The position numbers were made by a program, and so were the translations under genes. From positions 55,118,001 to 55,182,000 of the forward strand of contig OZ024740.1 in assembly GCA_964016885.1 (NCBI GenBank): a stretch of 64,000 bases of DNA, written 5' to 3'. Origin of the DNA: Eledone cirrhosa (Eukaryota). Under the pieces are notes generated by a model, which was given only the letters and a program-made list of their open reading frames with translations, searched no databases and was not told the origin of the DNA. Below are positions 46,296-60,246 of the stretch, in pieces; positions within the stretch are counted from its first letter, which is position 1; the number at the start of each line of letters is the position of its first letter.

Positions 46296-46713
46296 GAGAG
46301 AGATAGAGAGGGGGAGGGGGGGGGAGAGATAGAAAGTGAGTGATATAGTGATTAAGAGAGAGGGAAAATAAATATACTAATATACATACAATGTATTATT
46401 AATAATTGTTTCTACTTTAGGCACAAGGGCAGCAATTAACCAGTGCATTACTGGTACTTTATTTTATCGACGTATGTATTATTAATATAATGCATTATTA
46501 ATTTTACATGAAACGAAAAACATGAATTGTAAAGGATAATTCTGCAGTGGTGGCTTTGTTTTTTATTCGTCCACGTTTATCTATGTTTCTTAATATTCTG
46601 GAAGTTATCCCATTTCTCAAAGCAATATGCATGTGGGATATGCAATTGTGTCTCATTTCTTCTAAGAAAAGTGATAAGAGAAGATGCCAGCAATCATCAC
46701 CATCGTCTCCTTT

Positions 46714-46763
<50 letters not shown>

Positions 46764-47221
46764 GTCCACTGCCAACACCACCACCACCACCACCACCACG
46801 ACTACCATCATCATTATCATCATCAGCAGCTGCAGAATCATCATATTTCGACTGCACTAACTGATGCCCGCAAACTTCCTCCCCCATTTGAAGCTTTTTT
46901 AATGCATTGTCTTCACTTTTGGCGACCAATATTTGTCCCTGGGTGCCATTTAAACACCCAGAACGCACAGACTTGAAATAAATACCACAAGACTGCTCTA
47001 AAAATCGACTGAATCCATATCTCCACCATTAATACTTCGTTTGTCGATCATGAAAAATAAAAATAAAAATGGATCTCCGCGTAATTTGAACGCAGATTAA
47101 ATAAAACCCTCACAAATACCGAAAATTATTTACTCGGTGCCTCGAATGATTCTGTCAATTCCCGACTATTACGTGTATATTACACAATGTTATAATCAGC
47201 ATCATCGTTTAGATCGTGTTT

Positions 47222-47293
<72 letters not shown>

Positions 47294-47353
47294 ATAGTAG
47301 TGGTGGTGGTGGTGGTGGTGGTGGTGGTGGTTTTAGTGGTGGTGGTGGTTGTG

Positions 47354-47410
<57 letters not shown>

Positions 47411-47975
47411 AATACTCATTTATTAGCCACGAGTGCTTACACGTAAAATACAAAAGTATAAAGATGCTAGCTGATTTACCATGACGGTGTAAATACAGCT
47501 TTATTTGATCACCTATGAGGATAGACATGAGTACGTTCCAAAAATACAGTAATTGTTTCTAATATAGGCACAAGGCCAGCAATTTGTGGGAGAAGAACCT
47601 CGATTATACCGACTCCAATACGTTACATGCACATTTTTCTGTCGACCTCGGGAGGATGACAGGCAAAGTTTACCTAGGTGATATTAGAAACCAGAACGTT
47701 GGTAATGTATTACATCCGGCGCTGTTTGTGATGGCATTCATGTTGGCAATGATGACTGTGGTGGCGTGGGAGATGGTGGTGGTGGTGGTGGTGATGGTTA
47801 TCATGGTGTTTGTGGTGATGATGATTATAATTGGTACTGGTGATATTTGGTTGATAATATATCAGTTTTTGGCAGAAAGAAAAACAGTAAACGTTATCGC
47901 AATGATCAGTAGTCGTAGCAGTATTTCCTCCTATAAACCACTTTATAGACAAGCCGTAGGGCTTTACCTTGAAAA

Positions 47976-48035
<60 letters not shown>

Positions 48036-49742
48036 GTTGTTGTTGTTGTTGTTGTTGTTGTTTTCGTATTCCTGTGTATTTCGTTCTTCTACTGTCCCCG
48101 GTGTCTGAAGCCCTTGTGGCCAATAACAGAAATGATATATTTTTATCGGAAACTCTATTTTTGCATGACCTCTTTGTTGAATTATTATGTTATTCTAAAA
48201 GAATAATAAATGTTGTATTTTATTCAACAGTGTGAATGAAAAAAACAAACAACAAACAATAAAGTGATGAGGAGTAGTGAAATTGGAATGAAAAACTAAA
48301 AAAAAATATTATTCATAGTGCCAAATGATTTAACAGTAAAAGCTGGAAGTAAAAAAAATGTGCGCACTTTTAGATTCCACACAACATTAGCTTCTGGTTA
48401 ATTTTTTCTTTTTCTCCTGACTAATTCGTAATTGTATAAATCTTACTGATTTAGATTTGTTATTTAACTAACCAATCTTTTTATTTTGTTTGTTCGTTTA
48501 TTGAGTAATTTATTTTATTTATAGTTTCTGTTTGCTTTGTATCATTTTTCGTGTTTGATTCCATGAACTACTAAGCGTTTTTTCATTTCTCTTTTACTAA
48601 ATATATATATATATGTAAGTAAATAGGAAGGTAGGTAGGTAATAAGAAATTCTAGGAAGAGTTAGTAAGCAGATGTATATAAATGCAAATGTCAGTTTTA
48701 ATAAATATTGCCATAACGACAACTATAGCATATTAGAAATTACTACTAACCTGCATTATATTTCCCAAAGTAAATGAGGTAGAAAATGGAAATGTTATGC
48801 ATCTCTATGCCATTTACATCTGGGATGAAATGGTTTCTCAAGTGAAAATCGAACCCAAGCCGTGTTATTAATTCAATTATCCAAACGCCAAACTCTATAC
48901 ACTACGACCACTCTATTAGCTATGAAGACAATAATATAACAATAATAGGAAATAATATTTGGGCGTTGAAACAAAATCTTCTGTAGTCAGTTGTTCTACA
49001 ATTCCACCTTGGCTGATTTCCAATATTTGTCAAAATTCTTTACGCTACTGTTATTCGCTTTGCTTTTCAAACGAAGCCTCGTCTGTAGTATGAGACTAAA
49101 TTTTAGGTTCGTCAGATAGCCAGGCCAGTAAAACAAGGAAAACCATGATAGTACAACTTGGCCTCAATATATAGGGATCAAAGTCCAATAGTCGTTGCAC
49201 GGTGAAAGTCTTTTTAACTGGCTTGCAGCCAAGCATTTTCTCCTTATCGACAATATTCTATCCGTACTCAATTGGCGTTCGTTTGACAGTACTGATTTAT
49301 TTCTAAGCCCTATTAGTGTGGAACTATTGTGGTATGCATTCTCAACCAATGACACAGTAAACCTATAGGGTGAATGGTTCATTAATCTTCAATACCAAAG
49401 AAACCCGTTCAATAAATTAGTTTAGTGTTATGAATGAAAAATGATAAATGACTTTAGATTGAGTCATGGCTTGTACTGACTGAAGCCTATATGAACAGTT
49501 CACATCTAACCTTAATGTCTCTTAAGATTTCCACCATTAATGTACTTAGATATTGATATCGCTATCTGATGCAACTTTCATTAGAAATAATATTTTCCAC
49601 ATTTTAATATTGCTTATCAAGTCCTTTTTTTTTGTCCCTTTAGAATTGATATCGAATATATACAGTTGCTTTGATGGGGTTCTACTCCGACCACAACAAT
49701 CTCAAGCTGTTCGATTATCATATTACTACATAGTACATTAAT

Positions 49743-49923
49743 TGTTTCTATTTTTGGCACAAGGCCAGCAATTAACCAGTACATTGCTGGTACTTTATTT
49801 TATCGATTCTGTAAGAATGAAAGGCAAAGTTAACCTCAGCGGGATTTGAACTCAGATCGTAAAGGGACGTAACTACGATGGAAAGCGTGTCTCACCCCCT
49901 ACCAATACTGCCATTTCACTGCC
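49743..49923 (-). mobile_element. Full-length main-family SINE with 17 bp TSD ctacatagtacattaat
   Basis: TSD at 49726-49742 and 49924-49940. Internal boxes as in the other copies. Confidence 0.92.
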
Positions 49924-50526
49924 CTACATAGTACATTAATATTTGGAAGTCATCACAATTGTCTATTCAATAGTATCTCTCTCTCTCTATATATATATTC
50001 ATTTATTTTCGCTAAATAGTGAGTGTTGTTAATATGGAGTCTCACCTCCTTGCTCACAGTATTACCGCGTGGTTTTAAGTAGTTCACATCACAAACACGT
50101 AATTCGTGATTCAAGTGTATTTATATCTATCTTTATTTTGCGTCCACATATGTCCAGTAACTTCAGCGGTTTCATAAATTGATTATGATAATATAAGTAA
50201 CGAATTAAAAAGTACTAGGGTCCAAATAATCGACTAATAATCGTTCAGTGTCGAACTTCTGCATCAATCATATTCCGTTATTATATGTTGGTTGCTAATT
50301 CATTTTAGTCGAAAGTGAAATCAGAGCCTCAGTCAACCTAATATACATCATACAAGTAAGTCAACAGCCAATAGTGATGCCCTTATCGGTAAATATATGC
50401 AGTTATTTATAATTCTATGAAACAAAATATAAACAACAAACACACGCACATACACACACAGACACATTTGCACTCATACACACACACAATTACACACAGA
50501 CACATACTCACACACACTGACACAAA

Positions 50527-50608
<82 letters not shown>

Positions 50609-52797
50609 GGGATGGTCATTGCACACACACAAAACTATCATCATAAGATAGGCTGATCAAGTCTGACCTGGGGCTAAACAACAACATGAACAATTCACAT
50701 TCTCATTACTGATGAATTTGTTGCCATGTGTCAAAGTTAAACTAAGAAATAATTTTAATTGATATTTATTTAATTAAGCTTTATTCTGGTCTGTGATCTT
50801 AAATCTTTATATGAGTGATTTTTTTAATGCTTTCTCATTCCGTTCCTGGCTGACATTCTGTTTTATTCCACGTAATTAAACATCGGACGTTCTTAAAATA
50901 CGCAGCATACCTAGTTTAACTTGGTTGACTGATTCATATAATGTATTTAATTAGTAAAATTTGGCATCAATAGTGTCTGAAAGTCAAATTCCATTGCTAT
51001 TTACTCTTTCAAATATAATAGTCGAACCGAAGAGAAAACAATGCAAATTGTTCTTCACATTTGAAAAGTAAGTCAAACAACGAACAAAAATATGTTAAAA
51101 CAAGACCATTATGTTGTTCTTGTCTTCGTCGTTGTTGCTGTTGTTGTAGTTGTCTGGAGGAATAGGAATCAACTAAATCATTGAGTTCATTATTCGATTA
51201 ATTGATCGACTGATTGCTTGCTTGTGACAATGATAATATTTCTAGGTCAATTAATTTCATTCCTTGAAATAGAAACACATTTAAGACTACACATTTTATT
51301 CAGCATTTTGTTTTACATTGAAACCGATGAACCGTTGTTTATAATAATCGTATCTTGGATCGATTGAAATAATGCATTCATTTATACACAGATTCGTTAA
51401 TTCAGACAAGTATCACCATCTTCGTCATTACAGTCAGATCGTTTCGGTTGCTTGACACACCAGAACGGGCGAATCATTGTTACGAAAATAGTCAAAGATG
51501 AGGACACAAATCCGAATACATCAGTGTATATTAATGCTAATTCCCCATCTCGGTAATTCAGAGAAAATAAATCCAGTTACTAATCTTTCCAGCATGAGTA
51601 TAAGGATGATACTGGTTTAAAACCTTCAACGAAGTAAGGTATCTTATAATAAATATATAAAGGAAAATCGGTCTTTAAAAATCTTATATACTCTGCACAT
51701 TGTAAAATGCTTGCATCTAATAAGTCATCGCCTTGCTAAACTTTTTAACAGACACCGAGGAAATGGAACCTAGTACGTGCCCGAATGTATACAATTGTAT
51801 ATGTATGAATCCAAAAGCAAAACAAGCGCCATAAATACAAATCTATCGATAGGTATGGAATTCACGTACTGATAAGTCTAATTCTGGTTCCATCGCTAGA
51901 TGTCGTTACCATATCACCCTCCTAAAAGGCTGTTCTGTCCCCCTCTTCCCTTTTGGTATTCCGCTAATGTATCGCCCAGAGCATTTTCACCACTAACAAT
52001 TTCACATCAGGTTATGTAGTGGGAAGCTAAATGGGGAAGGGTGTCAGACTCCCCCTGCTGGCTGACCGTGGTAATCGAAGAAAACATGGCTGGCTCTGGA
52101 AGTTGCTCGTCTCTTACTTTGATTTGCATGCTATAAATAAACAGTTTATTTCCGGGGGCCTCAGCTTATACAAACAAGATATAACCATCACCTGCACCAC
52201 CACAGTCGCCGCCATCACCAATTCCACTATCACCACAATTAGCACCACCGCCACCACGATCAACATCATCATCATCATCATCAACATCAGTGTCATTGGT
52301 GATGTCATCATTATCACCATCATCCTTCATTTCGTCATTGGCGTTGCCAGCATCATCAACGCAACCACCACCAGCGTCATAACCATCACCACCGCCACCA
52401 CCATGAAAACCACAAACGTCGCCATCATCAACGTCGTTGTCGTCATCATGTCTTTCCTCTCTCTTTACACATTCCTTACCATCAACACCTCTCTTACTTT
52501 CTCCAATCCTCTCTCTATCTCTCTTACTCACTCTCTTTCGCACTCACTCACCCGCTCTCTCTCTCTTTCTTTCAGTTTCAATGTTACAATCTTTGTCCAC
52601 TGTCGTTATAAGACTTATAAGAATTAGCATCACATCACTAACATTAATCATCATCACCAAGCAGAATAGCTATACAACAACAACAGCAACAAAAATAAGA
52701 ATATAAATGCAGGAAAAAAAAGGCAAATAAATATAGACATTTATTTTGAAAATTTGACTGCAAAATATTGTTGTCTTAAATTCACAGTGCACACATA

Positions 52798-52899
<102 letters not shown>

Positions 52900-52919
52900 C
52901 AAATATATATGTGTGTATG

Positions 52920-52952
<33 letters not shown>

Positions 52953-53272
52953 GCAGACACATATATATATATATGTTTGTATGTGTTGTTTGTGTGAGTT
53001 TATATGTATGTATGTAGATGTGAATATATAAGTAGATACATAATTTTAATGTAACTTCTTACCAAGACATATGGATGATGTTAAATGGTATTTTATTTTT
53101 AATGTTTACAATAGAGCTAAAGGAAAATAAAATTCGATATTTTAAATCATCAGTAATCGAATTAAATGTTTACAATAGAATTTAAAACATTTAGATTCTT
53201 CCGACAAAGTTCACGGCTATCAATTTAGCAGAAAGGTTCTGAATTCGGTAATACAGGAAATGAGTTTATGCG

Positions 53273-53367
<95 letters not shown>

Positions 53368-54450
53368 GTATATATATGTATATATATGTATATATATATA
53401 TGTGTGTGTGTGTGTGTGATGAGTGATTGTGTGACTGCGTCAAGGACTGTGTACGCATATATTTGCATGGCATACATATATGTGCATATATGTGCATATA
53501 TTTCGTATATATATAAATATATTTATATCTACAAACACACATAAACACCACACATGTATTTGTGTCTATATATGTATATGTATATGTGTACATACATACA
53601 TATTAACGCCAACATTCACACATACACATTGTTTGAAAAGAACCATTTACACATATTTAATGAAATGAAAACATTATATAATGCTAATCACTTGCATAAA
53701 AAAATCTCATCTACTTGAAAATCTCCTTGTGTTCTGCTAACTGAATAGCTTGATAAAAGTCTGTTATGCTACCAAAGTAGAATCTTACATTAAATTTCTG
53801 ATATTATCCAGTCTTGCTTACACAAATTTACACAAATAATAAATCTTTCTATATTATAGGCAATGGCAAAGAAAACAGTTATGAGTATTTGAGTTAACTG
53901 AACTCTTTTCAGTAAGTGTTTATGTGACTAAATGCGAATCACCTCATGACATGTCATCTCTTAGAGATATGAGTGGAAATTGCGAATTGTTATGTAGGGT
54001 GGGTGAATGTTTTGTGGATGGTGGAAAACTATGTTTTTAAAGCAACGAGGAGTATCTCTTGACATCACTTATCATATTTCATACAGTCCATGCGATGAAA
54101 TCAAATTGTTGTATTAGGAAGATTAATGGTTTTACAAATAATAATAATAATAATGATAATAATAATAATAAAAATAATAATAATAATGATTTCTTTATTA
54201 ACCACAAGGGTTTACATAAAGTAGACATTAAGGACAGTGCAGGACAATGCAGGACGGTACAAATGGGCATTTCTGCGTGTAAAAAAAACAAAAATAGAGG
54301 ATGTAACAAAAATAACAATGAAAATAACAATGAAAAATTCCCCAATAGGGGGGAGACTTCGGAGGGACATTTGTGGAGAAAGCCCAGTAAAAAGCCACAA
54401 TGACCCTGACCACCAAGGCAAGTGCCCTCTCCCAGTTTTCCACCTTTAGT

Positions 54451-57400
54451 TTACAGATATATACTCAGAGTCGGCCCATTCACTCGGGCCATTCTTGCTT
54501 CTCTCACCCATCTTTCAACAAAATGCTGGGAAGAGAGCACTTCCTTCTCTACTCTGATTTTCCTTTTCAAATGAAATTTGAAAAAGTCAATCAGAGCATC
54601 ACCGAAGAGGTAAGTGCTCGTCTTCAGCCCTTTCAAACGTGTCCACCATACTATCTCTTTCGCCATGGCCACCAGACAGATAAAAACTGCCTGCCCTTCC
54701 CGGCTAAAGGAGGAGGGCGGGGCAATCCTCACGATAGACTCAGATGATAGCTGGATCCGTCCTAAACGCGACAGCAGGTGTTCGACATAAACCCACAAGT
54801 CAGCAATTTTCGGACACTGGACGAGTGCGTGCAGGACGGTTTCGTCGCCCTGCGCGCATCTCGGACATGCCCGGCTGACGGCACCTCCATGCCTGTAGAG
54901 TTTATCCCGAACTGGCAAGGCTCCTCGGTAGCACTGCCAGGCCAGAGATTTCTGGAAGTTGTCCATAGGCCCTGGCCCGAAGGTTCTTCCGAAGAGATTG
55001 GCTAGTTGATTTTCGTCGACGCCTAGAGTTTCCCCAAGTACGTCGTCGCTCTTCCCCTCCACTAATCCTCTATAGAACGCCGAGGTGGAGTTTCCACCGA
55101 TCACATTGCCCGATTGGTCGAGGGCTGTGAGCGCCTGAAGACATTCCAGTCTCCAGGCGCTCCCTCTCGGTCTTCGCTTGACCCAGGACTGCAGCTCCGT
55201 CAAGGAAACGAGCTGGGGAAAAACGCGTCTAGCAAACGGCGACCACACCTGATCACCGTCGAGGAAGAGGTGGAGATGTCGTAGCCTGAGCGCGTGCCTG
55301 CGCATCATCAGCCACGGCATGCCCAGCCCTCCACGTAGCGGGTGTTGACAACAGATGGACCGCCTGACCATCGGAGCACGTCCCTTCCACAAAAAGCGAA
55401 AGAGCAAACGCTCCAGCGCAGTCAGGCGAGGCTTAGGACAAGGTACGACGGTTAGGCGGTAGCAGATGACAGACGCGATGTACGCGTTAGCCACCTCCGC
55501 TCGACCTTTCAGGGATAGCTTCCTCTCCGCCCATTTCTGGGTGAGAGAAGCCACCCTGCTCGTCACCTCGTCCCAGTTTTTGTCCGTCTGGAGGTCCGGA
55601 CCGAACCAGACCCCTAGCAATTTAACCGGTCCGTCCGTCCAGCGCCCGACGACGCTGTTGAACGGCATGGACCTGCCTCTCCAGGTGCCGAGCTGCAGGC
55701 CCACTGACTTTTCCTGGTTGATCATTGCTCCTGTCACCGCTTCGTATTCTCTTAGTGTAGTGCCGATCGCCTCGATGTGTTTGGCGTTCGACACCACTAC
55801 GGTGACATCGTCCGCATATGCTGACACGGATCTTCCGCATCCTAGTTCGCGCGGGACTCCCCTCAACGTCTCCAGTTTGTGCAGTAATGGCTCGAGAGTC
55901 AATACGTACAAGAGGGACGAGAGGGGACATCCTTGGCGGACCGAGCGCATGATGTTGAACGGTTCCGACAGGTGACCGTTCACTCTCACCACAGAGCAGA
56001 TGTCGCTGTGCATGGCAGCGATCCAGCCTCTGAAGACGGGCCCAAAGCCAGCCGCCCTCAGGACTGCCGCTAGGTAACGATGGTCGACCCTATCGAAAGC
56101 TTTCGACTGATCTAAATTGATCAAGGACCCACCCGTGCCAGGTTCCCTAGCTACCCTCTCTACGATGTATCGCATGAGGTGGAGGTTGTCGTGGATGGAT
56201 CTGTCGGGAATGGCGCATGTCTGCGCCTCTCCCACCAGACCACCAACGACAAGCGCCAACCTCTTTGCTAGCACCTTGGCCAAAATCTTAAACTCTGTGT
56301 TTAGCAGAGTTATGGGCCGGAAATTGTCTATGTTATCCCCCTTGTTCGGATCCTTTCTCAGCAGTGCCACCGCTCCTCGGCTCACAGAACTGGGAATTCT
56401 CCCGTTCTGTTGCCAGTTGCAGTAGACGTCCGCCAAGAGGCCTCCGAACAAGTCTGGCATCTGTACGTAAAGTTCATAGGGCAGACCATCCAAACCAGGC
56501 GATTTACCCCTTGTGCAGCCAGTCATTGCCTCCCTTACTTCAGCGGCTGTTATCGGCTTTTCGCAACACTTCGCCTCAGTGGCCGAGAGCCGCGGCAGTC
56601 CGTCGAGGTAGACACTAAAGTCCATCCCTCTACCCGGCCCCCCGCTGCCCCCGAACAGCTGAGCGAAGTGTCGCTGAAAAGCTTCACACATTTGCCCGGG
56701 ATCGAGTAGCATGCGCCCGTCGTGGTCCACCAAAGACCGGATCGTGGCTTTGTTGCCACGACGCGCCTCCGCCACTCGGGCCCATTGAACGGCTTTCGTC
56801 CCCTCGTGTCTGAGAGCACGCACCCTAGCTCTGACAACGCAGCCTTCGTGCTTTGCATTGAAGAATTGGTCAAGGGCCAATTTCGCCGCAAGCACGTCGG
56901 TCGTAATGCCTTTGCTAAGCGCCTCGTCTAATTTTCTAACTAGTTCTCCCTCTGCTCTATTTTTCTCTATTGCTAAAGCCTTACTAAACCTAATCGATTC
57001 TATTCTAATCGCTCTTTTCAGAGCAAACCACCACTTGTTGTTGACGATGGCCCCCGTCAACGCCCGCTTAACTAGTTCGCTAATCCGGTCTCTGTAGGCC
57101 TTGCGCGCTGGTAAGGACGCGTTTAGCTTCCAGTAGCCGGGTCCTCGTCTATGAAGCCTATCTAAGTCAAGCACACAGATCACGAATTTGTGGTCCGTGT
57201 AGCTGACTATCTTGAATTGTGGACAGCCTATGCTAGACCTATCTATTTCCCTACAAAATACTCTATCTAGATATGATCTGGATGACCCTATGCGGTTTGT
57301 CCAAGTCCACATTGGCACATTCGGGAAATCCAATCGGTACCTGTCAGACAGTTCAAAACGCCTGAGCAGGTTGGTGAGGCTCTTGCACCCTCCACCCCTA

Positions 57401-57869
57401 TCCGCTAATCCCACACAGTCCCAGCGTGCATCTAAGATCCCGTTCCAGTCGCCCACTAACACTAAAGAGCGCGACGTTCCAAGAAAGGTCTCCAGACGCC
57501 GGAAGAAATCAGGCCGCCCTGCTCCTGTCGGGGCATAGACGGCCACTAGCCTGAAAGCTTGCCCGTCTCCGCTGGTCACGTCCAGCACCACCAGCTTACC
57601 CTCTGGGTCCAGGAAGATGGCCCGTATGGCGAGATCCAAACCTCTCCGAAAAAGCACAGCAACTCCTCCACCCGATCCAGGACGGCTGGGAGATGCGTAC
57701 ACATCGTAGCCGCCGAAGATCGGTGCGAAGGCCCGTGCTTCGGAGATTCTGGTCTCGCTGATGGCCACTACATCTATGTTTAGTGACCTGAGGTCGTAAG
57801 CAGGTGACCCTGCTTCCATGACGACCCCAAGCCACGCGCATTTATGCTGCCTATTCTGAGTGAGGTCAT
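54451..57869 (-). CDS. LINE ORF2: APE endonuclease, reverse transcriptase and C-terminal zinc finger; 1-nt frameshift near 57798 (open frame 54451-57819)
   Basis: EN motifs: VAISETR, VYAP, GDWN, SYLDR, YTDH. RT motifs: KSPGLDG, FRPITLLN, DQSKAFDRV, SVRQGCPLS, YADD. Zinc finger: CPRC..ETVLHALVQC. The EN N-terminus MTSLRIGSINARGL starts at 57869 in a different frame. Confidence 0.95.
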
Positions 57870-57904
57870 GTTTAAAATAGAGTGGAAAAGATGGGAAAGA
57901 CCAC

Positions 57905-60004
57905 TTACCGTATTTTTGGTAGAGGAGGGATGGTTTTTACATCCCTTTTCACTTGATCGTCTGGTGAAGGGACCGTTGAATCGTCCCTTCGGCTGGTCGT
58001 CGGCTCTTCTAAGAGAATGTCTGAATATACTCTTCGATTAATGGTTCCTCCTAGGTCCCTGAAATCACCAACTGCGTTGGGGAATTTCGTTTTAATGTTT
58101 GTGTATTGTTTCTGTGCTATTTTTAGCAGTCTTATGTTAGTTGGCGTTTTGATTGGTGCTGGTATTATGTAGTCCTGTTGTGAAATGTCTGTGTGTTCAA
58201 TTATGTAAGTCATTAGTTTCTTGTTGTGTGTGTTTATTGCCGTGCATTTGTTTTTCTGGGGGTGGGGTGTGGTTCTGCTATTTTCTTGTCGTTGTTGCTG
58301 GGTGTGTGTGTTTTGTTGCTGTGTTTGCGATGTTGGTGCTTGTGGTGGTGGTGTTGAAGGTGTTGTTGGCGGTGGGGTTGTCGCCGGTGGTGATGGTGGT
58401 GCTGGTGTGGGTGGTGATGGTGTTGGTGGTGTTGCTGCTGTGGGTCTCTTTGCAGTAGACTTTACCCTTTTCTCATTTCTTTCCTCCCTTTTCAAAGGCG
58501 ACGATGCGCTGCTTCTGCGTTTGTGCCTTCTTGAGACCTTTTGCCATCCCTCTCCCACCTCACACTCCATGTCTGATTCTGTAAGGTCGGGGAGGGGTAC
58601 CAGCTCCACTCTTTCACTTGTTGTTGTTGGTGATGTTTGCACTGGAGTCTCTGTTGCAGCTGCATTTGGTATTGCTGTTGTTGTTGTTAATATTTCCACT
58701 GCTGCTGCTGTCTTTGATTTCCGTGGAGTGGGTATGGGTGCCACGGACCTATCGTTCCTGGTTGCCGCTTGTCCTGTTGCTGGTAGCCGTGGAACCGGAT
58801 TCGGGAGGAGGGGGGTTTTCTCCTTTCTCAGGGTCTTCTCGTTGCAGAAGGCCCTGAGGTGAGTCTTCGATCCACAGCGAAAGCATTTCGGGCGTTTGCC
58901 CTCAACACTTATGGGCAGTTGAGTGCCGTTATCGAAGTCTATCACATCCGGGATAGCTTCGATGCACTCCTGGTTGGTTTGGATTAGCATCTCAATGGAG
59001 GAGCCGACCCAATCTTCTCTTACTTTTTTCTGTACTTGCAGTACAGTTGTTTTGTCCTCGATTCCGACGAGGACAGACGCGGCCAGCCAAGAAGGGGTCA
59101 TTCCGGGGGGGACGTGGGTCAGTTTGACCCTCACAATTTTTTGCCCGCAGTAGGAGGGCACCAACACCATTTCCTCGCTCCTTAGGGTCACTACTGATTG
59201 GGCCTTTGCCTCCTGGGGTGTGGCAAAAAGTACGTCTACGGTGGCGTATTTTTTGCCTCGGGTGATGTGCGTTTTCCTCTGCCACACAGACCCCAAGGCT
59301 TTTTGTATTTGGGCCTCTGTGGCTCTTTCCACCCTACGGGATTTTGTACTTACTGTACGGTACGTGACCGTACAGTGCTCTTGGGTTTCGAAAAAATTTT
59401 TCGCTGCCTTGCAGATTGCTCGGTGTCCGTTCTTTGTCACCATCTTCTTCGCTTCCTCTAATTCCTCATTTGTTATGAGGATTGTTTCCAGGTTTTTCGC
59501 AATACCTGCAAATGAGATTGGTTTTTCTCTGCTGTTGTTGTTGTCGTCAGAGCTGCTGGTACTTTTGTTGTTGCTGCAGGTACTACGACTACTGCCTCCG
59601 CCGCTGTTGCTGTGGTTGTTGTTGGTGTTGCTGCTGCTAATGCTGTTGTTGTTTATGCTGCTGGTGATGCTGTTGCGGCTGCTACTGTTGTTTTCATTGT
59701 CACTGTTGCTGTTGTTATTACGGCTGCTACTGCTATTATTCCTGACGTCAGACGAATGAACTGGGTTTTCGTATTTCCCGCACACCTGTTTCGTCGCTGT
59801 CGTCGTCGTCGTGGAGAAACCTTGCACGCTTTGCACGAGACTTTTCTTTTCTTTCGTCGCTTGCGAAAGAGAAGGTAGGGAGAGAGACACATTTAAAGAA
59901 GGGAGGGAGAGAGACAATCTTCTCTCTCCTGTAGTGATGATTGAGGAAGAAGAAGACGGAATGAGTGGGAGTGACGTATGAAATTTTTTTTTTTTGGTAG
60001 CCAT
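57905..60004 (-). CDS. LINE ORF1 (gag-like nucleic-acid-binding protein)
   Basis: ~700 aa open frame, first ATG at 60004 (MATKKKKF). CCHC knuckle CFRCGSKTHLRAFC preceded by an RRM-like region. S/N-rich and P/T-rich low-complexity tracts. Confidence 0.88.
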   Translation of the reverse strand: MATKKKKFHTSLPLIPSSSSSIITTGERRLSLSLPSLNVSLSLPSLSQATKEKKSLVQSVQGFSTTTTTATKQVCGKYENPVHSSDVRNNSSSSRNNNSNSDNENNSSSRNSITSSINNNSISSSNTNNNHSNSGGGSSRSTCSNNKSTSSSDDNNNSREKPISFAGIAKNLETILITNEELEEAKKMVTKNGHRAICKAAKNFFETQEHCTVTYRTVSTKSRRVERATEAQIQKALGSVWQRKTHITRGKKYATVDVLFATPQEAKAQSVVTLRSEEMVLVPSYCGQKIVRVKLTHVPPGMTPSWLAASVLVGIEDKTTVLQVQKKVREDWVGSSIEMLIQTNQECIEAIPDVIDFDNGTQLPISVEGKRPKCFRCGSKTHLRAFCNEKTLRKEKTPLLPNPVPRLPATGQAATRNDRSVAPIPTPRKSKTAAAVEILTTTTAIPNAAATETPVQTSPTTTSERVELVPLPDLTESDMECEVGEGWQKVSRRHKRRSSASSPLKREERNEKRVKSTAKRPTAATPPTPSPPTPAPPSPPATTPPPTTPSTPPPQAPTSQTQQQNTHTQQQRQENSRTTPHPQKNKCTAINTHNKKLMTYIIEHTDISQQDYIIPAPIKTPTNIRLLKIAQKQYTNIKTKFPNAVGDFRDLGGTINRRVYSDILLEEPTTSRRDDSTVPSPDDQVKRDVKTIPPLPKIR

Positions 60005-60246
60005 GTTTTTTTGTTTAAAATGAAATTTTGGGTACAAAACCCCAATAACTGGCTATTTAACCCCGAAGGGCCAAATAACGGACAGAAAGACCCCTCTCAC
60101 GAGGAGGAGGGTGTCTTTATCAACAATTTGGTTCAAGTTTTAAACAATTTACAATTGTTTTAACGGTTAAAAATTACTATACCTTACAGAGCCGAGCCTC
60201 CGTCAACCATGGCATTCAATAATAATAATAATAATAATAATAATAA

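Larger units (their letters stand above)
54138..60217 (-). mobile_element. Full-length L1/Tx1-clade non-LTR retrotransposon
   Basis: ~210 nt 5' UTR, ORF1, 35 nt spacer, ORF2, 3' UTR with AATAAA, and (ATT)n tail. (AAT)n on both flanks (54138-54186 and 60218-60246). Confidence 0.93.

Noticed and set aside
51593-51633. Possible 41 nt exon (ttccag...gtaagg)
   Set aside because: Only splice-like dinucleotides support it, with no recognisable protein or partner exons.
52031-52627. 198 aa ORF with hydrophobic I/T-rich stretch resembling a membrane protein
   Set aside because: Encoded by degenerate (CAT/CAC)n and (CT)n low-complexity DNA.
54778-59878. Plus-strand and alternate-frame ORFs over the Tx1 element
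   Set aside because: These are shadow ORFs of a GC-rich coding sequence, with no independent motifs.
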